Of a DNA stretch of 64,000 nt, positions 48,325 through 60,670 are shown in pieces. The stretch is taken from positions 1,550,001-1,614,000 of the forward strand of contig MU008167.1 in NCBI GenBank assembly GCA_010909165.1, in the 5' to 3' direction. Source of the stretch: Anthoceros angustus. Its lineage: Eukaryota; Plantae; Anthocerotophyta. Within the stretch, counting starts at the first letter, position 1, and every line of letters starts with the position of its first letter. The notes below the pieces were generated by a model. It ran no database searches. It was not told where the DNA came from and saw only the letters and a program-made list of their open reading frames with translations. Position numbers and translations under genes: made by a program.

Positions 48325-51247
48325 AGATTGTAGTGGGAAAGACAACAGAAGTAGAAAATTGATAATGGGCCTGCAGGGGTGTCCACTGCCACTCCCGAAA
48401 ACTTGCCGGGATCAGTAAGTTATCTTGTCTGCCCTTTATTGTATTCAGCAGAGTGAAAATTAATGTTTTTGTTTGATCAGGTTGTGACCTTACAGGAAGA
48501 TGAACAATTTTTTCAAGCCCCCAGCTTCATCAACTCCTTGGGAACTATGACAATGTTGGACCAATTGTGCCACTTGGTCAATGTTGGACAAGTTGTGCCA
48601 AGTGATCATGAAAATTATATTTTCAATTTGTATAATTGTACAGTCAATTTTCCAAAATAAGGTAAATATGTTTGTTTAAGTTTCTGTGGTTTATTATCGG
48701 TCAAAAACTTTGTAGCCTCCCCACAATTGAAGCTCCGGCTAGCCACCAGTAGCGAATACTTTGGCGGAGGAAGTAGTTGTTATGGAAGATCGGAGACTCA
48801 CACCTGGCCGTCGGCACGCATGCCGTGCTTTTCTCGCTTTGGATGCAGGGGAAGAGTTCGGTCAAGTGGGGTGCAAGTAGGAAGCGCTCTTGAATTTTCT
48901 TCACTTGACCCACCTCTCTCCCAACGACTGTGCAGCTTTCTGTAACACTTTATAGCAACAGGATGATATTCGACAAGCATTAGTGTACCTCTCCTATTTT
49001 GCACACAAGCCCCAGAGCTGTTATCCTGGACATTTGAGTGCATTGAGTGCACGAGCCAAGTCCGTGGACCCTTCTTCGAGACATGGACGTGGGGCCAAAC
49101 TCCGTTCCGAGGTCTCATGGGGTTTCATTCTCGCAGTGCATGCTTCATTGAATCTTGTAGACAAGAAATGTTATGCTTTGATCTCCCCTCCAATCAATTT
49201 TATAGGGGTTTCTGTTTTTTTGTGTGGTTTTGTGCATTAAATAAAGGGTAAGCTTTGATAATAAGGCCTATGGGGCCAACTACACCGATATGACGCTAAC
49301 TCCATCGGCTAGCGGACTGGAGTGGGTCTAGAGGAGGTTCGGTGGCAACGAGAATGACAAGTCCAAAAGAGTGGGTTGTAATTAAGGAAGGTGGCATACA
49401 TGGACGACAGGAGGGGATGTTACGCCGTCAGGCAGCATAGCTTCCATGGCCACATTAGGTCATGGCTCATGTCAGAGCCTGTGAAGCACCGAGCTTGACA
49501 GTTTGGGTAAGCCTCCAAAATAGGCTTATTTGGTGCTTCACAGTTCGGGTAAGCCTCCAAAATAGGCTTATTACTTAAACAAGTATTTAACAAGCCTGCA
49601 AAATAAACTTATCGGCTAACTACCAAAGCAACAAAGTAAAAGAACAACTAGGCAAAATCCTAATGTCGCGAACAACCCCTTGCAAAATTTGATTAACAAA
49701 CAGCATGAGAGAACCAGAGTTTGCACCTAGAGCTACCAAAAACCAAACCAGCAAGAAGCAAAATGCTTGGAGATGCTGCTCTCATAGATTGGTGGGGGAG
49801 GAGGATGCATATAATCTTATCTTTAGACAGCTGCTCGAGCTTGACCTCCATGGACTCGCCCGACTTAAGACTGTTGTCTGACCCTAGATGACTGTTCTAA
49901 ACAACCATTTCATCAATATGATAGGGTGGATGGTGAGCTATCGCCCTCATGTGGTCTTGTGCAGCAGCCTGCAGGGTGTAGAAAGACTGAGCAGAATCAG
50001 GGTTCCCCGACACCGACCAACTCAAACCATGTTAGTGAAAAGGTAAAACTGCCTCGGCCAGCCAACAACATGCTTGCCAGTCCCCTTCTTGTGAAACTGA
50101 GCCAGCCACTCCTTAAGCAAAAACATGGTGGGGGGCACCTACTTAGCTAGTTGGTAATTAGTTAACTAGCAGGCTAGTGAAAGGACACACCCCCTCGTAA
50201 ACCATCCTTTATAAGCCCACCTGTGAACCAAACACAATCATTGTTAATAAAGCATTTGCTTGATGCAAGACACCTCCAGAAATGCATCTCTAATCCCTGG
50301 TACCTCCCCTTCGCCTGCGGATTGATGCGGTCTGGACGGCTCGACAATTCCCTTTACGAGCCCCCTCGCTCACTTTCAATGCAGCTTGCATTCGGGCTGA
50401 GTCGCTCTCTACCTGGGCGGTGGTGTTGGACACCAAAGCTGTAGCTAAAATGATTGAAAGAGCCCTTGGTTGATGCTTTTGCTCAAGCTGTGGAGGAAGA
50501 TGGCGCGGATGTGCTAGCTTGGGTCACGGATCAGCTCTTCAATGTGGGCATGCGGCTAAGAGGTCTGCTCAAGGAGTGGCAGTCCCTACAGTGTCGGGCA
50601 TTGGTGAACACAGGTTTTCCGTTTTGATTTTATGAAGGCCTGATTAGGCCTCAGCCTGTACAAATGATTTGAGAAATGAGAAACCTACACTAAAAGAAAA
50701 AAGATGCGCGAGTACCTAGTTCGAGGTGGTTAATTTTTAATACCTGCCTATTGCATATTGAGAAGTGCATATGCTCCTTCGTCAACGAGTTTTTCCAGAA
50801 GTATGTTCGGTTAGGTACTTGGGTGGGCCCATCATGTGGAAAAGGCAGCGCGGAAGGCGTTTTACATGACTTGTGGCGCTCATAGGGACAACTGATTTTG
50901 AAATTTGAAATTAAGGAAAAAAAGGGTCACTGTAGGAGATCGTGTTCCAGGCTAGCCGTCTTTGTTTGAAGTGGCGGTGTGAACAGTGATCATCATCCAG
51001 CCTCTTTGCTCGCCCGCCTTGGCCTGAGAGAGCGCTCAGATTTCTGACCCAGAGTCAGACGAGCACTCTCTATCTCTGCCTCTCGAACTGAGCACTAGTC
51101 GCGCTCGGTTGTGAGCTGTGTGCCGCAGTTGTCTCCGGCACTCGCGCCTGGCCTGCCAAACTGCGGCTGCTCTCAGGAGTTGAGCGGGCCAGCATTGCCA
51201 GCTCCTGGTCTGCACTGCCCTTTTGAGCGCAACGCAGATTTGCACTC

Positions 51248-52183
51248 ATGTCGGAAACAGCTCTCCGGAAGCTCAATTCGGTGCATCTGGCGGACAGGCG
51301 CACCAATCATCGGAAGAAGGTGGCCATGAAGGTGCAGGTGGCCCTCAACGATGAGAACTTGGACATCAACAGGGACGCCAATGTCAATGCTGCTACTGCT
51401 ACTGCGGCTGGTGCTGGCGGGACCCTGGCTCCTGACGAGCCTGCCTCCCCCGACATCGAGTACGTGCTCTCGGAGCACTTGAAGGACCTGGAGGATGCGC
51501 CGGCACACCTGAGCACCCTAACAGCCAGGCTGGACTCTAAGGAGTGGCTGACAGCCTGGGAGGCCCTCAACCACACCAGGCAGCTCAGCATCTTCCATGC
51601 TGCAGCCCTGCGGGAGTACCTCACCGACGTCGTGGCCTTGGTGATCAAGGCCGTGAAGAATCCCCGGAGTGCGCTTTGCAAGACTGCTCTCATGGCCTCG
51701 GCGGATCTTTTCAAGGCGTTCCACGATGACATGCTGGAGTTCTTGGACCCCCTCCTGCTGCAGCTCTTGCTCAAGGCTTCGCAGGACAAGCGATTCGTGT
51801 GCGAGGAGGCTGAGAAGTCGCTTGTGGCCATGACACTATGGCTGTCTCCAACTCCCTTGCTCCACAAGCTGCAGCCGTATGCCGCGCACAGAAACCCCCG
51901 GGTGCGGGCCAAGGCTTCCATGTGCTTGTACAAGTGCGTCACTAGGCTTGGAGTGGCGGGCATGAGGGACTACGGCTGGAAGCCCCTGTTGCAAATGGGA
52001 GCTTCGCAGCTCAATGACCAGCTTCCAGAGGCCCGCGAGGCAGCTCGTAAGCTGGTACTCGACATCCACGCCGCCTTCAGGCAAGATCTCCAAGACCAGG
52101 AGCAGGCGCACTGGGAGGAACTCTGCATCAGCAACCTTAACTCCCTCACGGCACAAGCTGTTATTCGAGTCACCTCTGGTTGA
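51248..52183 (+). CDS. TOG/HEAT (ARM) repeat protein, CLASP-N/TOGARAM-like, intronless, 311 aa
   Basis: Clean ORF with DIEYVLSEHLKDL..LDSKEWLTAWEALNHTRQLSIFH..VKNPRSALCKTALMASADLF..LLLKASQDKRFVCEEAEK..HRNPRVRAKAS..LNDQLPEAREAAR, matching the plant single-TOG family. Confidence 0.9.
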   Translation: MSETALRKLNSVHLADRRTNHRKKVAMKVQVALNDENLDINRDANVNAATATAAGAGGTLAPDEPASPDIEYVLSEHLKDLEDAPAHLSTLTARLDSKEWLTAWEALNHTRQLSIFHAAALREYLTDVVALVIKAVKNPRSALCKTALMASADLFKAFHDDMLEFLDPLLLQLLLKASQDKRFVCEEAEKSLVAMTLWLSPTPLLHKLQPYAAHRNPRVRAKASMCLYKCVTRLGVAGMRDYGWKPLLQMGASQLNDQLPEAREAARKLVLDIHAAFRQDLQDQEQAHWEELCISNLNSLTAQAVIRVTSG

Positions 52184-53029
52184 AGATTGCGGTGTTTTTG
52201 GCTTGTTTTTGCAGAGGGGGAACTGCGGCAGTCTGCGTGCTCCATTTGGATATCACTTTCTCCTTATTAGGTTTCAGCCTGAGTGATGCCCCAAGTTCCT
52301 GCCACTGTAAACTACTCGAGCAAGGTCTTCTCAAGTACAACGCGCGATGCCTCTGCTGCACTTGTATACTACCCCAGCATTGACATCTGCAGCGTTGCTA
52401 CTTACCTGGAGAAAAGACTTGTAGGATCTTTAGCCTGTTTTGATTGATAGGTGGCTCCCACTCTGAACAAATTCCTCTTGTCCCCTTGTGGTTTCATCCC
52501 GTTGCCGTCATTGCGCACAAACTCCGTGCCCTCGAAATCTCCCCTAGAGATTGGCACTTTGTGAGAGGGATGATGCAAACGGCTCCTTTGTACAGCACTT
52601 CTACAGCAATGGCAATTTCCTTCGGCTGTCTTCATTTACGAGCATTTTTGTCAATGCAGACGGGTTTTCTGGTGCAATTTTAGCAAGTAGGTACTTTGAC
52701 CATGACCGGCTAGCTACAAGTGGAGCCGGCCGGTCCAATAGGAAGCCAGTTCCTTCCGCGCAACAGGTTTCTGCTTCCTCTGCACTCTAGGAGGCGCTCG
52801 ATGCTGCATCAGCGCTGTTAGCGCATTCTTCAAAGCCTTTGGTTCCATAACTTGGCTGCTCGCCGGTGCGCATGAATTGCTTGCTTCTGAGCAGCTTACT
52901 GCAATTCTGTCTCGTTTTTTGAGATCCAGGTCTTGGCTTGCAAATAAGAGCTGCTCAATTGTTCAATACTGGAATTTTGAGGTCGTTTCGTTGGTATTGA
53001 TGTGTACAGGAGAGACATCGTTGGCAGAG

Positions 53030-56000
53030 ATGGCTCAGAAACTCATGTTACCCGTCGAGGAGGTTATAAAAGGTCCTGTCGAATACTTCCGTCCGGTGCT
53101 ATCCGGTATGTGACAAGCTAGTTCTACACTATACGAGCAAACTCTTTACTTTGCCGCTTAATGCAGCTCATGTGGTTTGTTGTCTGCCCAGCTCCGAAGG
53201 TCTCAGGCTTCAGTCTCAAGTTGTTCACTTGGGTGTTGGAAGGATGGATGGGGGGGTTGGTAATGTCGAGATTGTTGCATGACAATGGTATCCCCCAGGT
53301 GCGCTGGTGCAGGAGGCTCTGATGGATGTCATCTTTGTAAAAGTGTGACGTTTTAATTCTGAGCATTACGTTTAGGTTTCTGTTGGCAGGTTCTATTGGA
53401 AAGAACCATCCCTGATGCTCCAATGTTCTATCCAGAATATCCAACCGAAAGTACGTAAGCAAGGAAACCCACGCTGTATCTGTGCTTTGATGAACTAGTA
53501 CGATGTCACCCCCCAACTTCCTGGTTGAAACTTCAGGAATGAACAAGGAAAACAATGTCAAGGTTCTAGAGGAGGCAAGCGACCCACGTACTCGGCTCGA
53601 TGCAGCTGAGAAGTGCCTTCCTGCACGTTCTTTAAGGACAGGTCCGGATTATCCTTGTCTCTACTGGAGCATTCGGGACTATGCTGAAGCATATCGAACT
53701 CATCTCACATCTCCGTCTGAGGTACGCATGGTTGCTTCGGGTCATCCAGCACAGTCTCCTGAACTGAGAGCCTACTTTGCACTTAGGAGTGCTGAGTGCA
53801 TGAATGGTGGGACCCCGGTTACGTTTACTGTGTCGGCGCTGTCTAATTTCTGAGGACGACCCAGGTTGTAGAGCGTTTTATTGCTGTAATTGAGGAGTCT
53901 CTACTAGCAAGTCCACCGATGCATTACCTCATATCATTTGATGCTGATGATGTGCGAAAGCAAGCAGCTGCGTCTACAGAGAGACTATCTTCAGGTTTGT
54001 GGACATGGCACTATTTTTGAAAGGCATCAAGCCCTTTTTCAAATTTGTAACGTAGTCTAGTTCGAATGGACAGGAAAGCCACTTTCTATACTGGATGGGG
54101 TCCTTGTAGCTGTCAAAGACGATATTGATTGTCTTCCCCATTCCACAAGAGGTACAGCCAGCAAATTCAAAGCACAACATGGCAGCCATTTACATACTTA
54201 AGCATTTTTGGGCCGCTTATGGACTGCGGATCACTGACATTTTTCAGCCGGTACAAAGTTTCTACATGAAGCTAGGCAGGTGGCAGAGGATGCAGTCTGC
54301 GTGTCTAGATTGCGGAATTGTGGTGTCATTCTTGTGGGAAAGTCGAACATGCATGAGCTTGGCATGGGCACAACTGGGAGCAACCCAAATCATGGGCAGC
54401 CATCTAAACTTGAACTCTTCCAACCATTTCTTTAGGTGTTCTGCTAGTCATTGGGTATCTGTTGACTGATAGCTGGTTGCTCTGTACAGAGTGATGCGGA
54501 ATCCACATGACACAATGAGGCACACTGGCGGCTCTTCGTCAGGGTCCAGTGCCTTGGTAGCAGCTGGTCTATGCCCTGCTGCGTTAGGGACTGATGTTGG
54601 AGGTATAGTTTAGATTCCTAGCGCTCTGGCGAATTGTGTTCCCATGCAGAGACTTGGCAGGAAGTCCCTTGTTCGTAGCTCACTAGGGAGCAATGTGTTC
54701 GCATGTGGAGACCTGGCAAATTGTCCCCTGCCTGGTCAACAGGCTACTTGATGCAAGGTTCTTGCAGTCACTTGACCAAGCTCATGCTAGCTTTCAATGT
54801 GGATTTCTGCCTCAGGATCTGTGCGTATTCCATCATCTTTATGTGGCACAGTGGGTCTGAAACCAACTTTTGGGCGAATATCTTTGAAAGGGTACTACAC
54901 CTATGTTCTACCTCGTCATTTTCTGTTAAGCTGATGACAAGAGCTTACCATTCTACTTCGGTGCCCCAGCATGCAATATGCTTGCTTACTCCCCGTGATT
55001 CTTTGTTGCGGTAGAGTACTACCTGCTGGCTGGACTATGGAATCAGTAGGCCCTATAACTGCAACCGTGGAAGATAACCTGTTAATGTGAGAAGCTGAGC
55101 ATAATGCTGACATTGATTCTTCTCTGTTCTGTGTGAGATGTTTGTGCTTTAGTCCCAGGACTTCCAGGCATGCACATTTCTGACTTTGCTTTCTTGTTTT
55201 TGAATGCAGGTACTCAGTGATGCTTGGCTTGCACGAGACTGATGTGGTGCACTCAAAACCAGTAATATGAATCACTCTTTGCCGATTCTGAGATATAGCT
55301 GCAATGGCATTGAACTCGAGAGAGATTGAAATCCCTTACCATTCACCTACAAATACTGTTCACAGTTTCCTCCATGCATTCCACCACTGGGAGATAGCTT
55401 GGAACTCCAATCTCTTAGAGTTGGCAAGTACTCAGATGTGAGACGCAGAAATTACACTTCAGATACGTTTTCCTTCAGTCAGTGGAATAGTACAATTACC
55501 TTTGTTTTGTGTGAATGAGCTTGGTCAATGCTTCTCCTTCAGTCAGTGGAGTAGTACAATTGTTACCTTTATTTTGTGTAGATGATCTTGATCGCTGTTT
55601 TTAGCGTGGGCATGTTTTCAATCTACAGTGGTTTTCGCACGTGTCTATTCCTGAAGTGTCTCAATCATGCTCCAAAACCTTGGAGCTTCTGAACAAGTTG
55701 TGTGGTGTGACTGTAAGTTCCAGCATTTGAACAGGACTCTTTCACTGACTGAGGATGCATATTGGATCCAGCACCCATTAAGCTGAAATTGCTGACTAGT
55801 TGTTTGGTACAGGTTGAAGAGATTTCAATACCTGAAATTGAGGAGGCTCGGATAGGACATCTTGCTACAGTAGGCAGCGAGTTTGCTTTGGCTCTGAACG
55901 CCTATTATGGACAATGGTAAATTCTAAGTGCTATTTCTCCAGGCTATCACTTGTGAAGTCTTGTACCGACATTGTTACCTTGAAGGTTTAACGCGTTCTG

Positions 56001-56947
56001 CGTTTATGATTGTGATGCTTTGGCTGTAGGAGAACCAAGATGACATACGACAGTCGATTGAATATGTGTCTTTTCAGACATATGACTAGCACTCTATATT
56101 TGGCTGCGCAACGCCTCAGGTTCAGAGTTACTCTTTCGTCTTGGAAGGCAAGTTCTCTAGGATATTTTCTAACAAACAGTTCTACTGCAGAAGGCGCAGT
56201 ATGTACTACTACATGGAGATATTCAAGACTGTCGATGTCATTGTCACTCCCACTACAGGGTAATAATGTCCGTTTGTGTTAGTGTTCTGCCAGTAAGAAC
56301 GGTGCTCTGTCTCATCTAACACATATCTTGAAAAATGCAGCATGACTGCTCCAAAAATCTCACCAGGGTCGCTAAGTATAGGCGAAAGTGACTTTGTGAC
56401 GGCTGGTGGGTACCAACTAGTTTCATTCATACAGCTTGAGAATTTTGCTACTTTCAACCTGATCGTGTGACTTATTGATACACCAGGAAGTCTAATGCGA
56501 TTTATCACTCCTGGAAATTTTTTGGGTTTGCCTTGCCTATCCATTCCGGTGAGTTTGTCTGGCGACATTCGGGAAACTGTCCTTCCAAGAGAGTCCAGAT
56601 CGAAGTTCAAGTGATCACGATGAAAAAGTCGCTGCCCTTATTGTTGCTGACACTCAGGCGTCTTTTTCCTCTTTGCAGGTTGGTCACGATGAAAATGGCC
56701 TGCCGATTGGTCTTCAGTTGATCGGCCGTCCTTGGGAGGAGGCAACTCTATTGAAACTAGCAGCAGCTTTCGAGGTGCTCTTTTGAATGCCATTCTACGA
56801 TATAATTCTTCGTTGCGTGGGCTTGTTGGACGACCAAATAGGTTCTCTTTTTTTGTTCTCACTCGTTTTTGACTTTGCCAGAGAATTTGTGGGGCATCCC
56901 GAAAAAGGCCACGTGTGTTTCACGACTTGTTGCAGAAGACTACTTGA
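53030..56947 (+). CDS. FAAH: Fatty acid amide hydrolase (amidase signature family), ~18 exons
   Basis: Exons splice to APKVSGFSLKLF, TIPDAPMFYPEYP, YWSIRDYAEAYR, LSILDGVLVAVKDDID (catalytic Lys), GKSNMHELGMGTTG, RNPHD..HTGGSSSGS..ALGTDVGGSVRIPSSLCG (Ser-Ser), [46 protein letters not shown]; stop 56945-56947. Start could alternatively be ATG 53000. Confidence 0.93.
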
Positions 56948-57323
56948 GATACGCGTTTTGAAGTGACAGGGTTGCCCGAGATGAGTTACATCCCATTTAA
57001 GCTTTTCCGGGTGAGGGCAAATAAAAATTGCTTCCCTTGAGTAACCTTCAGAAGCTTGTACGAGTTTCTTCGTGAATTTAAACATCATAGTTATTTTATA
57101 TTGTATAACTAAACGCGGAATTCAGACATCAGCTAACACTTCAAGGCTGCACTCCCGTGCAAAATCTCTCTAACTAACTCCTTTGGGCGAAATGACAGCG
57201 GTAACATGGTTCTCATCATTCCATGGTTATCATTCCCGATCTACATTGGACCTCTCTAGCTTCTGATTTATATCCAGCTGTCTCAATGATAGCTAGTCCT
57301 AATAAGCTAACGCCATCAACGCT

Positions 57324-57578
57324 CCCCCTTGGAGGTACAAGATCAAGCTGTAGTTTTTCCCTATTACTGTAGCCAACCCCCTTGGAGGCAGAGGATGTAA
57401 TTTTTCCCTATTACTGTAGCCAACCGCCTTGGAGGTACAGGATCAAGCTGTAATTTTTTCCTATTACTGTAGCCAACCCCCTTGGAGGCAGAGGATGTAA
57501 TGTTTTCCTATTACTGTAGCCAACCGCCTTGGAGGCAAAGGATCAAACTGTGATTTGTCCCCATGACTGTAGCCAACC
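57324..57578. repeat. Minisatellite of five ~47-55-bp units, alternating long/short
   Basis: Units cc(g)ccttggagg...ctattactgtagccaa; long units contain gatcaagctg, short units lack it. Confidence 0.9.
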
Positions 57579-57608
57579 GAATTTTCAGGACAACTTAGAG
57601 GGGTACTG

Positions 57609-57761
57609 TCCATACTCAAAGAGCCTTTAGTCTTCAGTGGTGTTCGTACTCCTTTAGTCTTTAGTGGTATCCATACTGAAAGAGACTTTATTCTTTAGTG
57701 GTGTCCGTACTCCTTAGTCTTTAGTGGTGTCTGTACTGAAAGAGCCTTTAGTCTTTAGTGG
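57609..57761. repeat. Minisatellite with alternating ~33/26-bp units (core tttagtctttagtggt)
   Basis: ccatactgaaagagcctttagtctttagtggtg alternates with tccgtactcctttagtctttagtggt. Confidence 0.85.
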
Positions 57762-58149
57762 CATATGCACTAGGCTCATGCAACTGGTTTTGTAGTTGCT
57801 GTGAAATTAGAATGAGGCGAGCCATATTTCATTCGTTTTGAACTTTTTGGTATTGTTCCCTTTCTCCTCAACACTGCATTGTGAGTGAAGTCATGGCTTA
57901 TTGTTGTTGATTAGGCTATATCCGATGGACAGTGTTGGATCCCATGTCGTATTAGTTAGTGCTCGATTCTTGAGCACCACCATCTCTACCTTCTTCTTGA
58001 CCAAGGTGCAATTATTCGATAGTGGGCAGAAGAAAGTCAACATGGTAGTATCCGGGGGTTGCTAAGATTCTAGGGATGCTTGACATCAATTGGATGCAAC
58101 TAGACCCCGTTCCAACTCGTATGAGATGGCCATCTACACCTGAACCCGT

Positions 58150-58596
58150 GAATTGCCGTCACCTTTGCAGAGTCCAAGTTGCATATATTTTGGGTTGGAG
58201 TGATTGTTGGGACGAGCGTCATCTTGAAAGGTGTACTATGGAGGTGAACCGAGCATTCCGATTCCACCGCAGCAGGTAGTTTCAACCTCATAATCAATCA
58301 TGATCAATTTGTGTTTATATTGAGATATGGCGATATTTTCTTGTAAGGTCCATGTGTGCAAAAACATCTTACAATCGTCTTGCCAGAGTAGAGTGTGAAC
58401 GTTAGTGGGTTCGTGAGATAGAAAACTTCATCCTGTGCATTGAAGTTTTCTATCAGTTAGTGCTCGACTCTTGAGCAGTTTTTTGATGAGTGCAACTTGA
58501 TTTTTTATAGCGGATTGACAAGAGCATGGGTCGACGTTTGATAAAGGTTGATTCTCTTTTGGAAGAAGAGGCCCTAGAATCTAGCGAGGGCTGTTG
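58150..58596 (+). mobile_element. Possible highly eroded Ty1/Copia RNase H 3' end
   Basis: Broken traces of STMEAEYRA (58235), WVRE (58406), ADxLTK (~58508) in the expected order, then a purine tract and TGTTG (58592). Confidence 0.35.
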
Positions 58597-59533
58597 TATG
58601 AGAGCTATTTACTACTCGTGGGATTGTCTTTAGGGTCCATAAGTATATAGCAAGCACATGCTTCCCTTTTTCTTAGTAGTAAAGCCTAGATAGACATATC
58701 CATTAGTTATATATATACACCTATGTATTTTAATAAATGTTGAAATTTGATAAAATTATTTTTTGTAAATGTTGAAAATTTGAAAAATATAAATATTTAT
58801 GTTGAACCTTATTTTTTTTCAAAAAATAATTATTTCGGCATTATCCTGTTGAACCACTCCTCGGGGTACGGTAATAGTAAGACTGGGACCGTTCGGTTGT
58901 GAAGCCACCCTTAGTGTGAACCCCATAAATGTGTAGATGTGTGTGCCATATGCTATTTGAACTTTTTTTTAGCAATAATTCAACTTTATGACTTCAGAAG
59001 GACATAACCAAAAACAAAGTGGACACAAGGAGGGGCGAGGAGGGCCTTCTTGCGCTGTGCTGGAGAAAAAACGCCAAGGGCCGAGGAATTTGGTGGTATG
59101 CACCAGGTGCGTTATTTAAATATTGACGTTAATCAAACCCAAAGTCTCATCCAATTCGAGGACGGGTGGCCATTCTCGGGCTTGTATGTGGATCGTACAC
59201 GACCGAAAAACTTTACTGCAGGGAGATCGTATCCGGATCCTGAGCTAGGGTTTGAGAAGGCTGAGGGGGACGTCACCAGGTGCTGCGACTGCGGGATGGT
59301 GATAAGCAAGGCTTCCTTGAGCAGGCGAGGGGACGCACGACGCCGGCAGAAGTTTCACGATTCAGCCTTGAGAGCGTGAGCTACCACTGTGTTACGATGC
59401 TAGGGATGTGAGTTTGCATCACAACCTTGTGCACCATGCCCCCTGCTCTGTGGCTGTCGCAGACACTGCTTTTACGGCGGAATCGCACGAGAAACCCTTG
59501 CGTTGAATCACGGATCACGGAAGCGACGCAGGT

Positions 59534-60670
59534 ATGATTTCAAACCTGCCGGTCTCCGGCGCGCAGAGCTGGATAGCTGATGGCAATGTGTCCTTGTGGT
59601 GCAGAGGGTGTTTGGAGGTGAAGCTTGATAGCAGAGTGATTTGGAAGACTGGAAGGCTTTATAGACTACCCGGACGGGAGCGCATAGTTTGCATGGGTTT
59701 GGTGAGGTATAGGGTAGATTCGGCGCAAAGGACACTGCGGCGCCTTCCAGACACATCAGTCACGTTGAAGAGACGCAACAGCTTTTCAAGTGATAACTCT
59801 AAACTGCGTGTGCTGCTTGCAACCAAGAGACCAGACTATCTCAGGGTTGGTGATGGGAATAAGCTGGTTCGAAGATTGAAGCCTCCGACTCGGATACTTG
59901 GCACTCAGAGAAGATGGACTCTGCAAAAGGCGAAATGGACTCTTCAGAACGCCCGAACTCACCGATTGCGAAAGCAGTACTGTCAGTTCTTCACAAGGTT
60001 TGGGAAATGCGACAGGGGCGAGGGCAAGTGTCCATACATTCATGACGCTGACAAAATTGCTGTCTGCACACAGTTTTTGAAAGGCACTTGCAGGAATAAG
60101 GGTTGCCTTCTTACGCACAAAGCGATACCGGAGCGGATGCCCGACTGCCTGTATTTTCTTCAGGGTCTCTGCACTAACGAGGAATGTCCTTTCAGGCATG
60201 TGAAAGTAAATTCAAATGCACCTGTCTGTGACCAGTTCCTGCGAGGTTACTGTGCAGCAGGAGATAACTGCAATAAGCAGCATACTTTTGTTTGTACTGT
60301 CTATTCGGACACTGGGCAATGCCCTGAGCAGGGTTCGTGCAAGCTGCATCATCCCAAACGGAAAGAGGTTCCTGTTCAGAAGTTAGCTGGATTGAGAAGG
60401 CAGCGGAGACAGTTTGGTTGTGACAGTGGGATTGTGAGGGATAGTGGGGATTCTGACTCCAGTGAAGTTGATCAGCTGTTCAAGCGGCTCAAGTTGTTTC
60501 CAGCCCCGCAGGAGTTTTCGTTGGAGGCGTTTTTGTCCGACATGGGCGAGGGACCATGTGAGTTAGATAGGCTGATTAAGCCTTCATTTTTACTACCTCC
60601 GTACCGCTCTTGTTCCAGATCAACGGGACACGAGGTGAGTATGGGAGGTGAGGTTGCAAGGTCAGGCTAG
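59534..60670 (+). CDS. CCCH zinc-finger protein with five tandem C3H fingers (plant C3H7/ZC3H3-like), intronless, 378 aa
   Basis: GNKLVR..QYCQFFTRFGKC..GKCPYIHD..KIAVCTQFLKGTC..CLLTHKAIPERMPDCLYFLQGLCTNEECPFRHV..CDQFLRGYC..CNKQH..C..C..CKLHHPK. Confidence 0.9.
   Translation: MISNLPVSGAQSWIADGNVSLWCRGCLEVKLDSRVIWKTGRLYRLPGRERIVCMGLVRYRVDSAQRTLRRLPDTSVTLKRRNSFSSDNSKLRVLLATKRPDYLRVGDGNKLVRRLKPPTRILGTQRRWTLQKAKWTLQNARTHRLRKQYCQFFTRFGKCDRGEGKCPYIHDADKIAVCTQFLKGTCRNKGCLLTHKAIPERMPDCLYFLQGLCTNEECPFRHVKVNSNAPVCDQFLRGYCAAGDNCNKQHTFVCTVYSDTGQCPEQGSCKLHHPKRKEVPVQKLAGLRRQRRQFGCDSGIVRDSGDSDSSEVDQLFKRLKLFPAPQEFSLEAFLSDMGEGPCELDRLIKPSFLLPPYRSCSRSTGHEVSMGGEVARSG

Noticed and set aside
51307-51963. 218-aa minus-strand ORF
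   Set aside because: Antisense shadow of the TOG gene.
57324-57761. CRISPR array
   Set aside because: Units are contiguous degenerate repeats without unique spacers, in a eukaryotic context with no cas genes.
58600-59000. Helitron or MITE in the AT-rich block
   Set aside because: No convincing TIR/TSD pair or hairpin+CTRR end found.
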